64,000 nt of DNA from Chthoniobacteraceae bacterium (GTDB lineage: Bacteria; Verrucomicrobiota; Verrucomicrobiia; Chthoniobacterales; Chthoniobacteraceae): NCBI GenBank assembly GCA_037190965.1, contig JBBCKI010000045.1, positions 1-64,000 on the forward strand, in the 5' to 3' direction. The notes under the pieces are model-generated. The model searched no databases and was not told where the DNA came from. It saw only the letters and a list, made by a program, of their open reading frames with translations. Each line of letters opens with the position of its first letter. Within the stretch, counting starts at the first letter, position 1. Shown one piece after another: positions 1 through 9,730 of the stretch. A program made the position numbers and the translations under genes.

Positions 1-1
1 C

Positions 2-1267
2 ATGGTTTTTTTCCTTTTGACCACGCTGATCGGGGTGCTGCTCCTCTTATCTGCCTTTTTCTCCGCGGTGGAGACGGCCTTTTTCTCCCTGCAACCGGTA
101 CAAATCCGCCGGTTAAAAGCGGAGCGCCCCGTGCTGGCCGGACAGCTTGAACGGCTGATGGCGGAACCCCGACGACTTCTCGGGATCCTTCTGCTGGCCG
201 ATTCCTGCGCCAACCTGCCGCTGATTCTGCTTTGCCTGTGGGGAATGCGGGCGATGGCCCCCTTCGGGGTCTCGTTTCTGGCAGGGTCGCTGGTGATTTT
301 TACGGTGATCGTCATCCTCGGCCAATTGCTGCCAAAGATGATCGCCCTGCGCGCGCCGTTCCGGATCGTCTCGGCGGGCGCCCCACTGCTCAACCTGGTG
401 TTGCCCCTTCTCGAACCGGTCTCCCACCTGCTGGAACGCGCCAGCGACCGGATGGCCGGTTTTCTGACACCCCGCCGCTTCACCGCTCCGCCCCTCAATG
501 ACGACGAACTGGAAACCCTCGTCGAAATCGCAGCGGAGGAAGGGGTGCTCCAAGGCAGCGAAAGCGAGATCGTTCGCGAAATCCTCCGGCTTGGCGACAA
601 GACCGCCAAGGATTGCATGCTACCGCGAACGGATGTCTTCGCGATCCCCGACGATCTCAACCCCGAGACGGCCCTCACCCGCCTGCGCGCCAAACGCTTT
701 CGCCGGGTCCCCGTTTATGCCGATACGCCCGACAATCTGCTCGGCATTCTGGACGTCAAACAGTTCATGCTCAGGCCCGAATTGCACTACACCGAGCAAT
801 TGACCCCGCCAAGCTATGTCCCCGAGACCATGAAAGCGCTGGAGTTGCTTCGCAGTTTCCTGCGGCACCCGCAGAGGCTGGCCGTCGTGGTGGACGAATT
901 CGGCGGCATCGAAGGGATCGTGACCTTACAGGACATCATCGAACACCTCATTTCGGACACCCTCCCCTCCTCGGATCAGGAACTGTACATCGAAAACTTC
1001 GGCGCGGGCCGTCTGATCGTCGCGGGGAACGCACGGTTGGACGATCTGGGCGAGCGTCTCGGCATGGACCTGGAGGAGGAGGGAATCGACACCATCGGCG
1101 GCCTCCTTTTCAACCGGCTCGGCTACTTCCCAAAACCGGGGGAAACCCTCGACCTGGGCCGCTTCCGCGTCATCATCCGGCGCGCGTCGCGGAAAAGAAT
1201 CCAGGAGATGCTCATCGAGCCGACGGAAGCAGAAAATTCCACTGAACAGGAGGGCGAAGACTCCTGA
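2..1267 (+). CDS. CNNM (DUF21)-CBS-CorC/HlyC hemolysin-family membrane protein (Mg/Co transport associated)
   Basis: N-terminal 'LSAFFSAVETAFFSL' DUF21 motif, 'LLPKMIA', CBS pair ('RVPVY', 'VVVDEFGGIEGIVTLQDIIE'), C-terminal CorC_HlyC ('DTIGG'). Confidence 0.9.
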   Translation: MVFFLLTTLIGVLLLLSAFFSAVETAFFSLQPVQIRRLKAERPVLAGQLERLMAEPRRLLGILLLADSCANLPLILLCLWGMRAMAPFGVSFLAGSLVIFTVIVILGQLLPKMIALRAPFRIVSAGAPLLNLVLPLLEPVSHLLERASDRMAGFLTPRRFTAPPLNDDELETLVEIAAEEGVLQGSESEIVREILRLGDKTAKDCMLPRTDVFAIPDDLNPETALTRLRAKRFRRVPVYADTPDNLLGILDVKQFMLRPELHYTEQLTPPSYVPETMKALELLRSFLRHPQRLAVVVDEFGGIEGIVTLQDIIEHLISDTLPSSDQELYIENFGAGRLIVAGNARLDDLGERLGMDLEEEGIDTIGGLLFNRLGYFPKPGETLDLGRFRVIIRRASRKRIQEMLIEPTEAENSTEQEGEDS

Positions 1268-2217
1268 TGCTCTGGCTCGCCGTTATTCTCTGCCTGCTGG
1301 TTTCGTTCGTTTTCTCCGGAATTGAAGCCGGGATTTTCAGCGTCAACCGCGTCCGGCTGCGCCATCGGGTGAAACTGCGCCAACCCGCTGCGGTACGCCT
1401 CGAAGCGCTCCTCCACGAACCCGAGCGGCTCCTCCTCACGGTGGTCATCGTCACCAACCTGATGAACATCTTTGCGATCACGCTGACGACAACGGCGTTC
1501 GTCGAGTGGTGGGGCGACATCGGGTATGCCGTGGCGCTGCTGTTGTTCCTTCCCCTCTGCCTTTTCGTGCTGGAGCTACTCCCGAAATCGCTCTTCCGCG
1601 GCTTCCCCTACCGTGCTCTCACGTTCCTCTCCTGGCCGTTGCGGATTGCCGAGCGGCTGCTCTCGCCGGTTTTGCGCTGGGAACCGGGCCTGGCGAAGAA
1701 GCTGCTTCCGAGCGTTTCAGGAGAAGAGACGCGCCGGCTTTTTGCCGCCCGCGAGGATTTCAAATATTTCACGCTGGAGAGCGAACGCACCGGGGCGATC
1801 TCCGAACTGGAGCGACAGTTGGTCCATAACGTCGTCGATTTCCATTCACTCACGGCCCGCGAACTGATGCGCCCACTTGGCGGTTTCCCATCGGTGCCGC
1901 ACACCACCGACGTTGACGCATTGATCGCCCTCAGCGAGGGCGGCAGTATTGAACGGTTTCTCGTCCGCTCCGAATCGGGAGAGATTCAGGGCATCGTCAA
2001 TCTGTTCGACGTCCTGCTGGATCGCGGCACGCGTGGCCATGTCAGCGCTTTCATCCGCCCGCTGGCCATCATTCCCGCGACCGATAAAGGTCCCCGGCTG
2101 CTCAGGAGGCTACGCGCCGCGCGCACTCCGGTGGCGTTGGTCATGGACGGCGGTGCGCCCATCGGGTTGATCTTCCGGGAAACGCTTTACAAGCAGATGA
2201 TTTCGCCGCAGGCGTAG
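1267..2217 (+). CDS. Second CNNM (DUF21)-CBS domain protein
   Basis: 'SFVFSGIEAG', 'ELLPKSLF', degenerate CBS domains; start overlaps previous stop (TGATG). Confidence 0.85.
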   Translation: MLWLAVILCLLVSFVFSGIEAGIFSVNRVRLRHRVKLRQPAAVRLEALLHEPERLLLTVVIVTNLMNIFAITLTTTAFVEWWGDIGYAVALLLFLPLCLFVLELLPKSLFRGFPYRALTFLSWPLRIAERLLSPVLRWEPGLAKKLLPSVSGEETRRLFAAREDFKYFTLESERTGAISELERQLVHNVVDFHSLTARELMRPLGGFPSVPHTTDVDALIALSEGGSIERFLVRSESGEIQGIVNLFDVLLDRGTRGHVSAFIRPLAIIPATDKGPRLLRRLRAARTPVALVMDGGAPIGLIFRETLYKQMISPQA

Positions 2218-2246
2218 TGATCTCGGTTGGCTCGATTGCGAGGCGA

Positions 2247-2331
2247 CGGCGTCGCAGAGCTCCGCCCTCCGTGAAGGGGGCACACTACGTCGCGCATCCC
2301 TTCTAATGGAGGGCGGAGCTCTGCGACGCCG
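2247..2331. repeat. Perfect 24-bp inverted repeat (GGAG-type REP-like pair / bidirectional hairpin) between convergent genes
   Basis: CGGCGTCGCAGAGCTCCGCCCTCC (2247-2270) and GGAGGGCGGAGCTCTGCGACGCCG (2308-2331); extra inner GAAGGG/CCCTTC pairing. Confidence 0.85.
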
Positions 2332-2344
2332 GTATAAGCGCCCC

Positions 2345-3700
2345 CTAGTTCGCCAACTTCCGATAAAGCGTCGCCATGCTGATACCAAGCATCTTCGAGG
2401 CGCGTTCACGGGAGCCTTCGTTGAACTTGATGGTCTCCTCGATGAAACGGCGTTCCAGATCCTTGACGAAAGCGTCCAGCGGCTGGCCGATGGGGAGCGC
2501 TTCCGTTGATTCGGCAGAGGGCATTCCCGCACGGCGGCCAACTTGCGGAGGGAGATCTGAAATTTGGATCACCCCTTCGTCGCAAAGCGCGCAGGCTCGT
2601 TCCATGGCGTTCTCCAACTCGCGCACGTTGCCGGGCCACGGATAGCCACTGAGACACTTGACCGCGTCGGCTTCGATCTTTGGCGGTTCCGTCCTGTTAA
2701 CGGCGGAGACCTTCTGGATGAAATGGTTCGCAAGAAGCGGGACATCCTCCAAACGCTCACGCAACGGCGGCATTTCGATCGGGATGACAGCGAGACGATA
2801 GTAGAGATCCTCCCGGAACCCGCCGGTGCGAATCTTGTCCTGGAGCGATTCGTTGGTGGCGGCCAGCACACGAACGTTGATCGGCAGGCTCTTGGTGTCG
2901 CCAACCCGCCGGATCTGCCGCTCCTGAATCACCCTTAGCAGCTTCGTTTGCAGAGGGGCCGCCATGGAATTCACCTCATCGAGAAAGATAGTGCCGTGCT
3001 GCGCCTCCTCGAAGAGACCCACCTTATCCTGTACCGCACCGGTGAATGCTCCCTTTTTATGCCCGAAAAGCTCGCTCTCCAGAAGATTCTCCGGAAGCGC
3101 GGAGCAGTTGATGGCCACAAAGGGGTGATGCTGCCTGCGGCTGTTGAAATGGAGCGCACGGGCGACAAGCTCCTTGCCGGTGCCGCTTTCGCCTTGAATG
3201 AGAATGGTGCTGTCGGTATCGGCAACCTTGGCGATCAGGTTGTAGACCTGCTGCATCTTCTGGCTGGTGCCGATGATGTTCTCGAACTTGTACCGTTCCT
3301 TGAGTTCCTTCTTCAGGTAGACGTTCTCCCGGACGGCGCTCTGGAATTCCAACGCCCGGCTGATCGTCATCTGCAACTCGTCGATCTTGAACGGCTTGGT
3401 GACGTAGTCGTAGGCGCCAAGCTTCATCGCCTCCACGGCCGTCTCCACCGAGGCGTAGCCGGTGATCATGATGACGGCAGGCATCGGCGCGATCTCATGA
3501 CAGGCGCGAAGAACGTCAAACCCGCCCACCTTCTCCATCTTGATGTCGGCGATGACAAGCTGCGGCTCAAGAGTGCACAGGTTCTCGATGGCGCGTTCGG
3601 CGGAGTTGAAGGGGAAGACTTCATGTCCTAATTCTCTGCAAAGCGTCGCGATGACATCCAACATCGCAGGTTCGTCGTCGATAATTGAAATCCGGGCCAT
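2345..3700 (-). CDS. Sigma-54-dependent response regulator (NtrC/AtoC family)
   Basis: Receiver 'IIDDE...DIKM', Walker A 'GESGTGKE', 'GAFTGA', 'WPGNVREL', C-terminal HTH 'LGISMATLYRK'; start set at ATG 3700. Confidence 0.95.
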   Translation of the reverse strand: MARISIIDDEPAMLDVIATLCRELGHEVFPFNSAERAIENLCTLEPQLVIADIKMEKVGGFDVLRACHEIAPMPAVIMITGYASVETAVEAMKLGAYDYVTKPFKIDELQMTISRALEFQSAVRENVYLKKELKERYKFENIIGTSQKMQQVYNLIAKVADTDSTILIQGESGTGKELVARALHFNSRRQHHPFVAINCSALPENLLESELFGHKKGAFTGAVQDKVGLFEEAQHGTIFLDEVNSMAAPLQTKLLRVIQERQIRRVGDTKSLPINVRVLAATNESLQDKIRTGGFREDLYYRLAVIPIEMPPLRERLEDVPLLANHFIQKVSAVNRTEPPKIEADAVKCLSGYPWPGNVRELENAMERACALCDEGVIQISDLPPQVGRRAGMPSAESTEALPIGQPLDAFVKDLERRFIEETIKFNEGSRERASKMLGISMATLYRKLAN

Positions 3701-3861
3701 GTTTCTCAAAAATGAGCGTAGCGCAACGATGCAAAGAGGGAAGCAAAAATGCGAAAAAGAAGTAAGAAGACCGGCAAAGGCCGCTTACCCTGCAGAACAG
3801 TCGCCAAGCGCGACTCTTCATCCATCCCGCTCGACGGCGCGAGCAGTTTACCTGGCGTCCA

Positions 3862-4800
3862 TCAGTCCAACTCCGGATCTTTGGGCGGATGCGCCAGCGC
3901 GTAAGTGAGCAACAGGCTGCTGTCGGTCCATTTTCCGGGCTTGTCGGAGTGCATCACCACGCAGATGACCTCGCGGTGGTCCCTAAGCGCGGAGGAAACC
4001 AGGACATGCTGCGCCCGCAGGGTGTAACCGGTTTTGAGGCCGGTGCATCCCGGGAACGAGCGGAGCATCTTGTTGTGGTTATCCAGCCGCACGGCCCCGT
4101 TGGCTCCAACCCACTGGTAGCTCAGGGTGCCGACAAATTCCCGAAAGACCGGCTGCTGCATCGCCGCCCGGGCGATCAGGGCCAGATCAAGCGGCGTGGT
4201 GTAGTGCTCGGGATGGTGCAACCCGTGAGGGTTCATGAAATGACTATCCGCCGCGCCAAGCTGTTTGGCCCGGAGCGTCATCTTCTCGGCAAACGCCGCG
4301 ACGCTCCCCGCGTTGTCGCGAGCCAGAGCCTGCGCGACGTCGTTGGCGCTTTTGAGCATGAGCGCATAGAGCAGGGCGCGCCGGGTGAACTGTTCGCCGG
4401 GCTTGAAATAAACCGCGCTCGGCTCCACCTGGGTATCCACCGGTTCGATCACGACAGGACGGTCGAGATCGCCCGCTTCGATCACCAGCAACGCCGTCAA
4501 AATCTTGGTGGCGCTGGCAGGATAGAAACGCTCCGTCTCGTTCTTCCCGAAAATGGTGGAGCCCGAAAAAGCGTCAAGCACCACCGCCCCCTTGGCGATC
4601 AGCGCAATTTCACTTGGATCCTCAGGCACCACGGAGGGCAACGGAATCGGGGTAGCCGCCTGCCGGACGGACCCACCCGCCCGGGATGTTTTTTTCTTCC
4701 GCGTCTCCGGCTTTGCGGAAGCCACGGGAGGAGCCAGCATCAACAACAGCCCCAAGAGGGAAAGGGCTTTCAAACAATTTTTCCGTCCAGCATCATCCAT
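3862..4800 (-). CDS. D-alanyl-D-alanine carboxypeptidase (peptidase S11)
   Basis: SxxK 'PASATK', SxN 'SAND', 'NPHGL', KTG 'LKTGYT'; signal-like N-terminus; start approximate. Confidence 0.9.
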   Translation of the reverse strand: MDDAGRKNCLKALSLLGLLLMLAPPVASAKPETRKKKTSRAGGSVRQAATPIPLPSVVPEDPSEIALIAKGAVVLDAFSGSTIFGKNETERFYPASATKILTALLVIEAGDLDRPVVIEPVDTQVEPSAVYFKPGEQFTRRALLYALMLKSANDVAQALARDNAGSVAAFAEKMTLRAKQLGAADSHFMNPHGLHHPEHYTTPLDLALIARAAMQQPVFREFVGTLSYQWVGANGAVRLDNHNKMLRSFPGCTGLKTGYTLRAQHVLVSSALRDHREVICVVMHSDKPGKWTDSSLLLTYALAHPPKDPELD

Positions 4801-6005
4801 TCGATTGGGTAGCAGTTGGCGACAAGGGCATCGTAGATTTCGTGAGAAGGTCCGGCGAACGGCAGGGCGATCAAATCGGCGCGGGCTCCCGGAGCAATCA
4901 CTCCAAGCTCGGCGCTTCTTCCCAGCGCCCGTGCCGGTTGTGTCGTTACCGTCTCCAGCAGGTTTTCGGAAGTCAACCACGGAGCGGACTTTTGTGCGGC
5001 TTGCAGTTCGGCGAAGAGGTTCAAAGCATCGTTGCTGGCGAGACTATCCGTGCCGAGGCTGATGGTGACACCCAACTCCCGCAACCGCCGCCAGGGGAAT
5101 GGCCGATGCCCAAAATAAAGATGACTGCGGGGGCAATGGATGAAATGCCACTGGCTGGAAGCGCCGGAAGTTTCAGCGATCAACTCAAAGTCGCCCCCAT
5201 TGAGTTCGTTGGCATGCGTCAGCAGCCAGCCCGGGCCGATCAAGCCGCTGCGAACGGCGCTGGAGAATGCCGAACCCCGGCCGCAATCGCTCATGGAGCG
5301 TCCCACTTTTTCCAACAAGGCATAAAGCTCCCCCGCCCCCGTGCGGAACATCGCCTCTTCGTCGGCGGATTCCGCGATATGCGTCGTAAGCGGCATTCCA
5401 TGTTGAGCCGCCGCGTGGGAGCAAAGGCGGTAGAGTTCCGGCGAAGCGGTGTAAGGCGCGTGAGGGCTCAAGCCGAAACCACCCATCCAGCCCGGTCTGC
5501 CCTCGACGGCATTTACCGCTGCAAGGGCGTTGCCCATAATGTCGGCAGCCGCCGAAGGATCGCGGATATCCAGCATCTCCGGAAACCACCAGGTACGAAT
5601 CGGGGGCGGCGGGAGTTTCGGAAGCAAGTCAGGGAACGCAGCGAGATTGCAAACCGTGGTGGTTCCCCACCGCTTAAGCTCGGCAAATCCTTCGCCAATG
5701 GCCCGAAGATAATCCTCCTCCCCCAACCCGCGCTTGAGCGTATTGATGGAGCCGATCCAGCGCGTGAACGAATCCTGCGGCGGGATTGCGCCGCGCAACC
5801 CAGTGTAGTCGAGGTGGCAATGGGCATTGATCAGCCCCGGCAGAAGCACGCGTTCCTCGAGATCCAGCACATCCGCCGCGGCGCGCCCGCTCCGGATTTC
5901 CTGAAAAGGTCCCACGGCGGTGATCCGCCCCTGTTCCAGCACCACGCCGCCGTCTTCAAGCGGCGGCCCATCCATCGTAACAAGATAACGTGTGCGGAGG
6001 ATCAT
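4770..6005 (-). CDS. Metal-dependent amidohydrolase (chlorohydrolase/SAH/aminodeoxyfutalosine deaminase-like)
   Basis: 'PGLINAHCH', 'SPHAPY', 'HIAES', 'HCPRS', 'LGTDSLASND', 'GARADL'; substrate not assignable. Confidence 0.85.
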   Translation of the reverse strand: MILRTRYLVTMDGPPLEDGGVVLEQGRITAVGPFQEIRSGRAAADVLDLEERVLLPGLINAHCHLDYTGLRGAIPPQDSFTRWIGSINTLKRGLGEEDYLRAIGEGFAELKRWGTTTVCNLAAFPDLLPKLPPPPIRTWWFPEMLDIRDPSAAADIMGNALAAVNAVEGRPGWMGGFGLSPHAPYTASPELYRLCSHAAAQHGMPLTTHIAESADEEAMFRTGAGELYALLEKVGRSMSDCGRGSAFSSAVRSGLIGPGWLLTHANELNGGDFELIAETSGASSQWHFIHCPRSHLYFGHRPFPWRRLRELGVTISLGTDSLASNDALNLFAELQAAQKSAPWLTSENLLETVTTQPARALGRSAELGVIAPGARADLIALPFAGPSHEIYDALVANCYPIEWMMLDGKIV

Positions 6006-6655
6006 GATTTCAAAGCTTTGCGAATGGCGGCCACAAGGAGATTGCACGCTTCGTTGCATAGCAACGGAAAAGCGCGTCGTTCTTCCGCAGCCGCGAGTTG
6101 ATCCAGGTGAGGGTCAAACTTCGCGGCAGGCAACGAAGCCACCGGCAACCCCGGCGCGAGATCCCAAAGGATCGTCTTGAGGCAACCGCCCCGCGAACAG
6201 CAGCACTCTCCCACCACGGCGTCGGCAGCCGCGTCGGAAATCTTGCGAGTCACCGCGTACATCCCGCTCTGCCGTTCCAGCGTTTCACGCAGCGGCACCA
6301 CTTTGAGACGGTCATCGGCAAAGGCGAAGCGAACCCCCAGCGCGGCGGGATAAAAAAAATCGACCGCGAGACAAAGGGCGTCGAAATCCGCCAACTCCAG
6401 ACGCCAGCCACGACGGAGATTCGGCGCGGTTTTGAGCGGACGGTACCCGCCTGCGTCGTCGAACCGCGCAAGAGCCCTGGCGTCTTCCGGCTCAGTGAAA
6501 CGCTCCAAAGTGCCATCCCCGTGGGCCTCATCGGCCTCCATCCAATGCGTCAACACAAAGCCTCCTAACGTATCGGAGCGGCGGATGGCCACTTCTCCGA
6601 TGCGGTCCCCTCCGCCGGCCAACCAGGCCTCGAACGCGCCTTTGATGCCCTTCAT
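6002..6655 (-). CDS. DR2241-family protein (stabilising domain plus C-terminal Cys-rich putative 4Fe-4S domain)
   Basis: 'YRPLKTAPNLRRGW', 'FYP', 'LRETLERQSGMY', 'CCC-x4-C', 'CNEAC'; directly follows a CbiX gene. Confidence 0.75.
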   Translation of the reverse strand: MKGIKGAFEAWLAGGGDRIGEVAIRRSDTLGGFVLTHWMEADEAHGDGTLERFTEPEDARALARFDDAGGYRPLKTAPNLRRGWRLELADFDALCLAVDFFYPAALGVRFAFADDRLKVVPLRETLERQSGMYAVTRKISDAAADAVVGECCCSRGGCLKTILWDLAPGLPVASLPAAKFDPHLDQLAAAEERRAFPLLCNEACNLLVAAIRKALKS

Positions 6656-7497
6656 CGCGCCGCCCTTTCGTCAAATGCGGTCACCTGATCCAAAATCACC
6701 TCGGCAAAAAGTGGCTCCGTCCCGATGGCGCTGGCGTAATAAAGCTCACGCCCGTGCAGGTGGTAAGGATTGCGTCGAAACACCTCCCGGCGGCCGGGCG
6801 CCAGCCCCCCGGCGCGCACGCGCTCCGCCGCGATCCCCAACCGCTCGGGAATATCCTCGTAACTATGCAACCCGTCGGAAACAAAGAATGGCACCACGAT
6901 AACCTGCCGACATGCAGTCAGTTCGACCCAGTCTTCAATGCGCGGGACTTCATCCATATATGCGGCCAGCACCTCCCCGTAGCGCCCCATCCCGCTAATG
7001 CGTCGCACCTGTTCCTTGGCCGCCACGGCCGAGTTGTCATTCAAATCAGTGCCGTGACCGACGATCACCAGAGAGGCTTCGACCGGAGGGACCTTTGGGG
7101 CGGTTTCCGCCGCGCGATGGAGCAGCATCTCCGTCATGCGCGGATGATTGCCCACCGGCTCGCAATAACAAAGCGTCCGACCGTCGGGCAGAATGAACGG
7201 CTTTTGACCCAGCCCATCGGGGCTTAACCCGAGCTCGCGAGGAATTACTTTCTGAGTGAAATACCCTTCACTGATGAAATTGGGGACCACGTAGATCTCG
7301 CGGCTCTCGACGCTGTAGAGCACCTGCCGCAGGCTCGGCTCCTCCTTCCAAAAAGCGGCATGCACCTCCGCAAAAAGCCCCCTGCGACGGATCGTGTCGG
7401 CGTGCGCCCACGTCGGCGCGCTGGAATCCGGGTTCACGGTCGACCCATGCCCGACGATGATCAGCGCGGACTCCGCTCTGTTCGGCTTCAAAATCAC
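6652..7497 (-). CDS. cbiX: CbiX/SirB-type class II chelatase-like protein (two CbiX domains)
   Basis: 'IIVGHGS', 'FWKEEPSL', second 'VGHGT', 'PFFVSDGLHSYEDIP'; start probably GTG 7497 or TTG 7491. Confidence 0.8.
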   Translation of the reverse strand: MILKPNRAESALIIVGHGSTVNPDSSAPTWAHADTIRRRGLFAEVHAAFWKEEPSLRQVLYSVESREIYVVPNFISEGYFTQKVIPRELGLSPDGLGQKPFILPDGRTLCYCEPVGNHPRMTEMLLHRAAETAPKVPPVEASLVIVGHGTDLNDNSAVAAKEQVRRISGMGRYGEVLAAYMDEVPRIEDWVELTACRQVIVVPFFVSDGLHSYEDIPERLGIAAERVRAGGLAPGRREVFRRNPYHLHGRELYYASAIGTEPLFAEVILDQVTAFDERAAR

Positions 7498-7757
7498 GAA
7501 CTGGAAAAATACCGCCACTCCTGAGCCTGTCCACGGCAAAAGCCGCTGGCGGGGAAAGGTGCGATCCGCTCGCCCGATCCGATTACCATTGATCAAACAA
7601 TCTCAATCCCGCCGGATAGTACGGACTCACATCCGTTTAACTTCGAGTCATCAAAACACCCCGAGAATGAAATCAGGAATTCCCTGTACTCCCAACCCAG
7701 CCCGAATGGGTGGGAGTTCAGGTTGAAAAACCGGCTTGATCATGAAATAAAACGACG

Positions 7758-8417
7758 GTGACTTACCGGCTCGTCATCTTCGATTTCGATGGAACCTTGG
7801 CTGACACGTTCCCCTGGTTCGTGGGAGTCCTCGACGAGGTCGCCGACCGTTTCAATTTCCAGCGATTGGCGAAAGGCGACATCGAATCATTTCGAGGGTG
7901 CGATGCCCGCGAATTGCTGAAGGCTCACAAAGTACCGCTCTGGAAGGTGCCGATCATCGCGCGTTATGTGAAAAAGCGGATGGCGGCGGACACGGACCGA
8001 CTTTCCCTTTTCGCCGGGGTGGACGACCTTTTGCGCGGGTTATCGGAACGAAAAATCCGGGTGGCCCTCGCCAGCTCCAACTCCTACGACAATATCACCG
8101 CCATTCTGGGACCGGAACGCGCGGCACTCTTCGACGACTACGAATGCGGCGTCTCCCTGTTCGGCAAAGCGGCCAAGCTACGGAAGATCGTCAATCGCAG
8201 CGGCCTCGATACCCGGGATGCCATTTGCATCGGCGACGAAATCAGGGACATCGCCGCCGCCCGCGACGCGAAGATCGCCTTCGGCGCCGTCTCCTGGGGG
8301 TACACCCGGGCGGAGGCACTGGCCGCCCATGAACCCGACGCGCTTTTCGCCACCATGGACGAAATCCTGGAGAAAATCCTGGATCCGCGGCGGTTTGCCA
8401 CTTCCACTTCCTCGTAG
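7758..8417 (+). CDS. HAD-superfamily hydrolase (phosphoglycolate phosphatase-like)
   Basis: 'FDFDGTLADT', 'SSN', 'IGDEIRD', 'VSWGY'. Confidence 0.9.
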   Translation: MTYRLVIFDFDGTLADTFPWFVGVLDEVADRFNFQRLAKGDIESFRGCDARELLKAHKVPLWKVPIIARYVKKRMAADTDRLSLFAGVDDLLRGLSERKIRVALASSNSYDNITAILGPERAALFDDYECGVSLFGKAAKLRKIVNRSGLDTRDAICIGDEIRDIAAARDAKIAFGAVSWGYTRAEALAAHEPDALFATMDEILEKILDPRRFATSTSS

Positions 8418-8467
8418 CAACCGCCGCAAACCGTTCCGGCCGATCTGGCCTGGAAGCGAACAGGCGA

Positions 8468-9571
8468 CTAGGGTTCTGCCAACAGCTTCTCTACTTTCCC
8501 CTGCAAATCCTCGCGGGCGTTCATCTCGCGCAAAATCCCCTTCTTATCCACCAGCCAAACCGTGGGGATCGCAAAAATTCCGTAGTTCGCAGCAATTTCG
8601 CTCTCAAACCCCTTGCCGTCGAAATATTGCGGCCACGGCATGTCGTTCTCCTTGATGAACTTCTCCAACGCCGTCTTATCCTGATCGAGGCTGATGCCGA
8701 CAATCTCAAACCCTTTGTCGTGCAGCTTTGCGTAAGCGTCCTTTAACTTGGGCAACTCGGCCACGCATGGCTGGCACCAGGTAGCCCAGAAATCGATGAG
8801 AACCACTTTCCCTTTCATCTTCTGGACATCCACTTCCCGTCCATCGATCGCCGTGAATTTCAGGTCAAACGGTTTTCCCAGCGCGTCGAGCCGTTTCAAA
8901 ATTCCTTCCGCCTGGACTTTGACCTGCGCGGGCGCGTTACTCTTCCGGATATCTTCCGCGATGGCGCGGCTCCGCTCTGGCTCGCTGTTCATCGCCGCCA
9001 TCAGCAGCAACTGATAGACCTGCGGCTCCCCCGGGAACTCCGCAAGCAGTTCGCGGGCGCCTACTTCAAGGTCGGCGGGGCTTTTGGCGCTGCGGGCCAC
9101 CTGCTTGTAGCGAATCTGGAGCCGCTCCTGCTTGGAGGTAGTCGGATCGTTCAAAAGTAGCTCGTCCACCTTGTCCAGGCGCTCCGTCACGGAGGAATCA
9201 CCGGTTTGCAGCACGACCTCCAGCAATTCGCGCTCGAGAAGCTTCGCATCCTTGGCTTTGGGGTCCTTGGGGTAGCGGGTATAGAAATCATGCGCCGCGT
9301 CGGCCGCTTTGCTGAGCCGTTGGCCCTCGCTCTTGCGCCACGCCTCCACGGCTTCCGGCGTCGGTTCTTTCTCGCGCCATTCGGCGGGAGGCCGCGGCGG
9401 GGTGGCTTTCTCCTCAACCGCCTTCCAGGCGGCGGCGGAATCTCCCGCCTGGGAAGGGGACTTCGAAGCCTTGGAAGGCGTAGACGCCGCCGTCGCCAGA
9501 GGCGGGTTGATGGCGGCGGCAGCCGCAACGGCGACGGAGAAAGCGATCAGTAAACGGGTGTTATTTTTCAT
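8468..9571 (-). CDS. Secreted TlpA-family thiol-disulfide oxidoreductase with helical N-terminal extension
   Basis: Signal peptide from ATG 9571; 'DFWATWCQPC', 'GISLD', 'IPT.WLVDKKG'. Confidence 0.9.
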   Translation of the reverse strand: MKNNTRLLIAFSVAVAAAAAINPPLATAASTPSKASKSPSQAGDSAAAWKAVEEKATPPRPPAEWREKEPTPEAVEAWRKSEGQRLSKAADAAHDFYTRYPKDPKAKDAKLLERELLEVVLQTGDSSVTERLDKVDELLLNDPTTSKQERLQIRYKQVARSAKSPADLEVGARELLAEFPGEPQVYQLLLMAAMNSEPERSRAIAEDIRKSNAPAQVKVQAEGILKRLDALGKPFDLKFTAIDGREVDVQKMKGKVVLIDFWATWCQPCVAELPKLKDAYAKLHDKGFEIVGISLDQDKTALEKFIKENDMPWPQYFDGKGFESEIAANYGIFAIPTVWLVDKKGILREMNAREDLQGKVEKLLAEP

Positions 9572-9730
9572 GAAGGTGGCTTTCGGCTGGCTGTGAGACA
9601 AGCAGTCCACCAATTCGTTCATTGATTGTCTACGGGCGAAACCAGTAACGCGCCGCTCCGAAATCCGGTCATAAGGATGCGGGTTGCCCTGCCTGCCCAT
9701 TCTTTCCGCCCTCCGGTCTTCTCTTCTCTC

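Noticed and set aside
7500..7757. Possible cobalamin riboswitch upstream of cbiX (imperfect hairpin at 7683-7722)
   Set aside because: No B12-box or other conserved riboswitch elements recognised on the minus strand; an Rfam scan would settle it.
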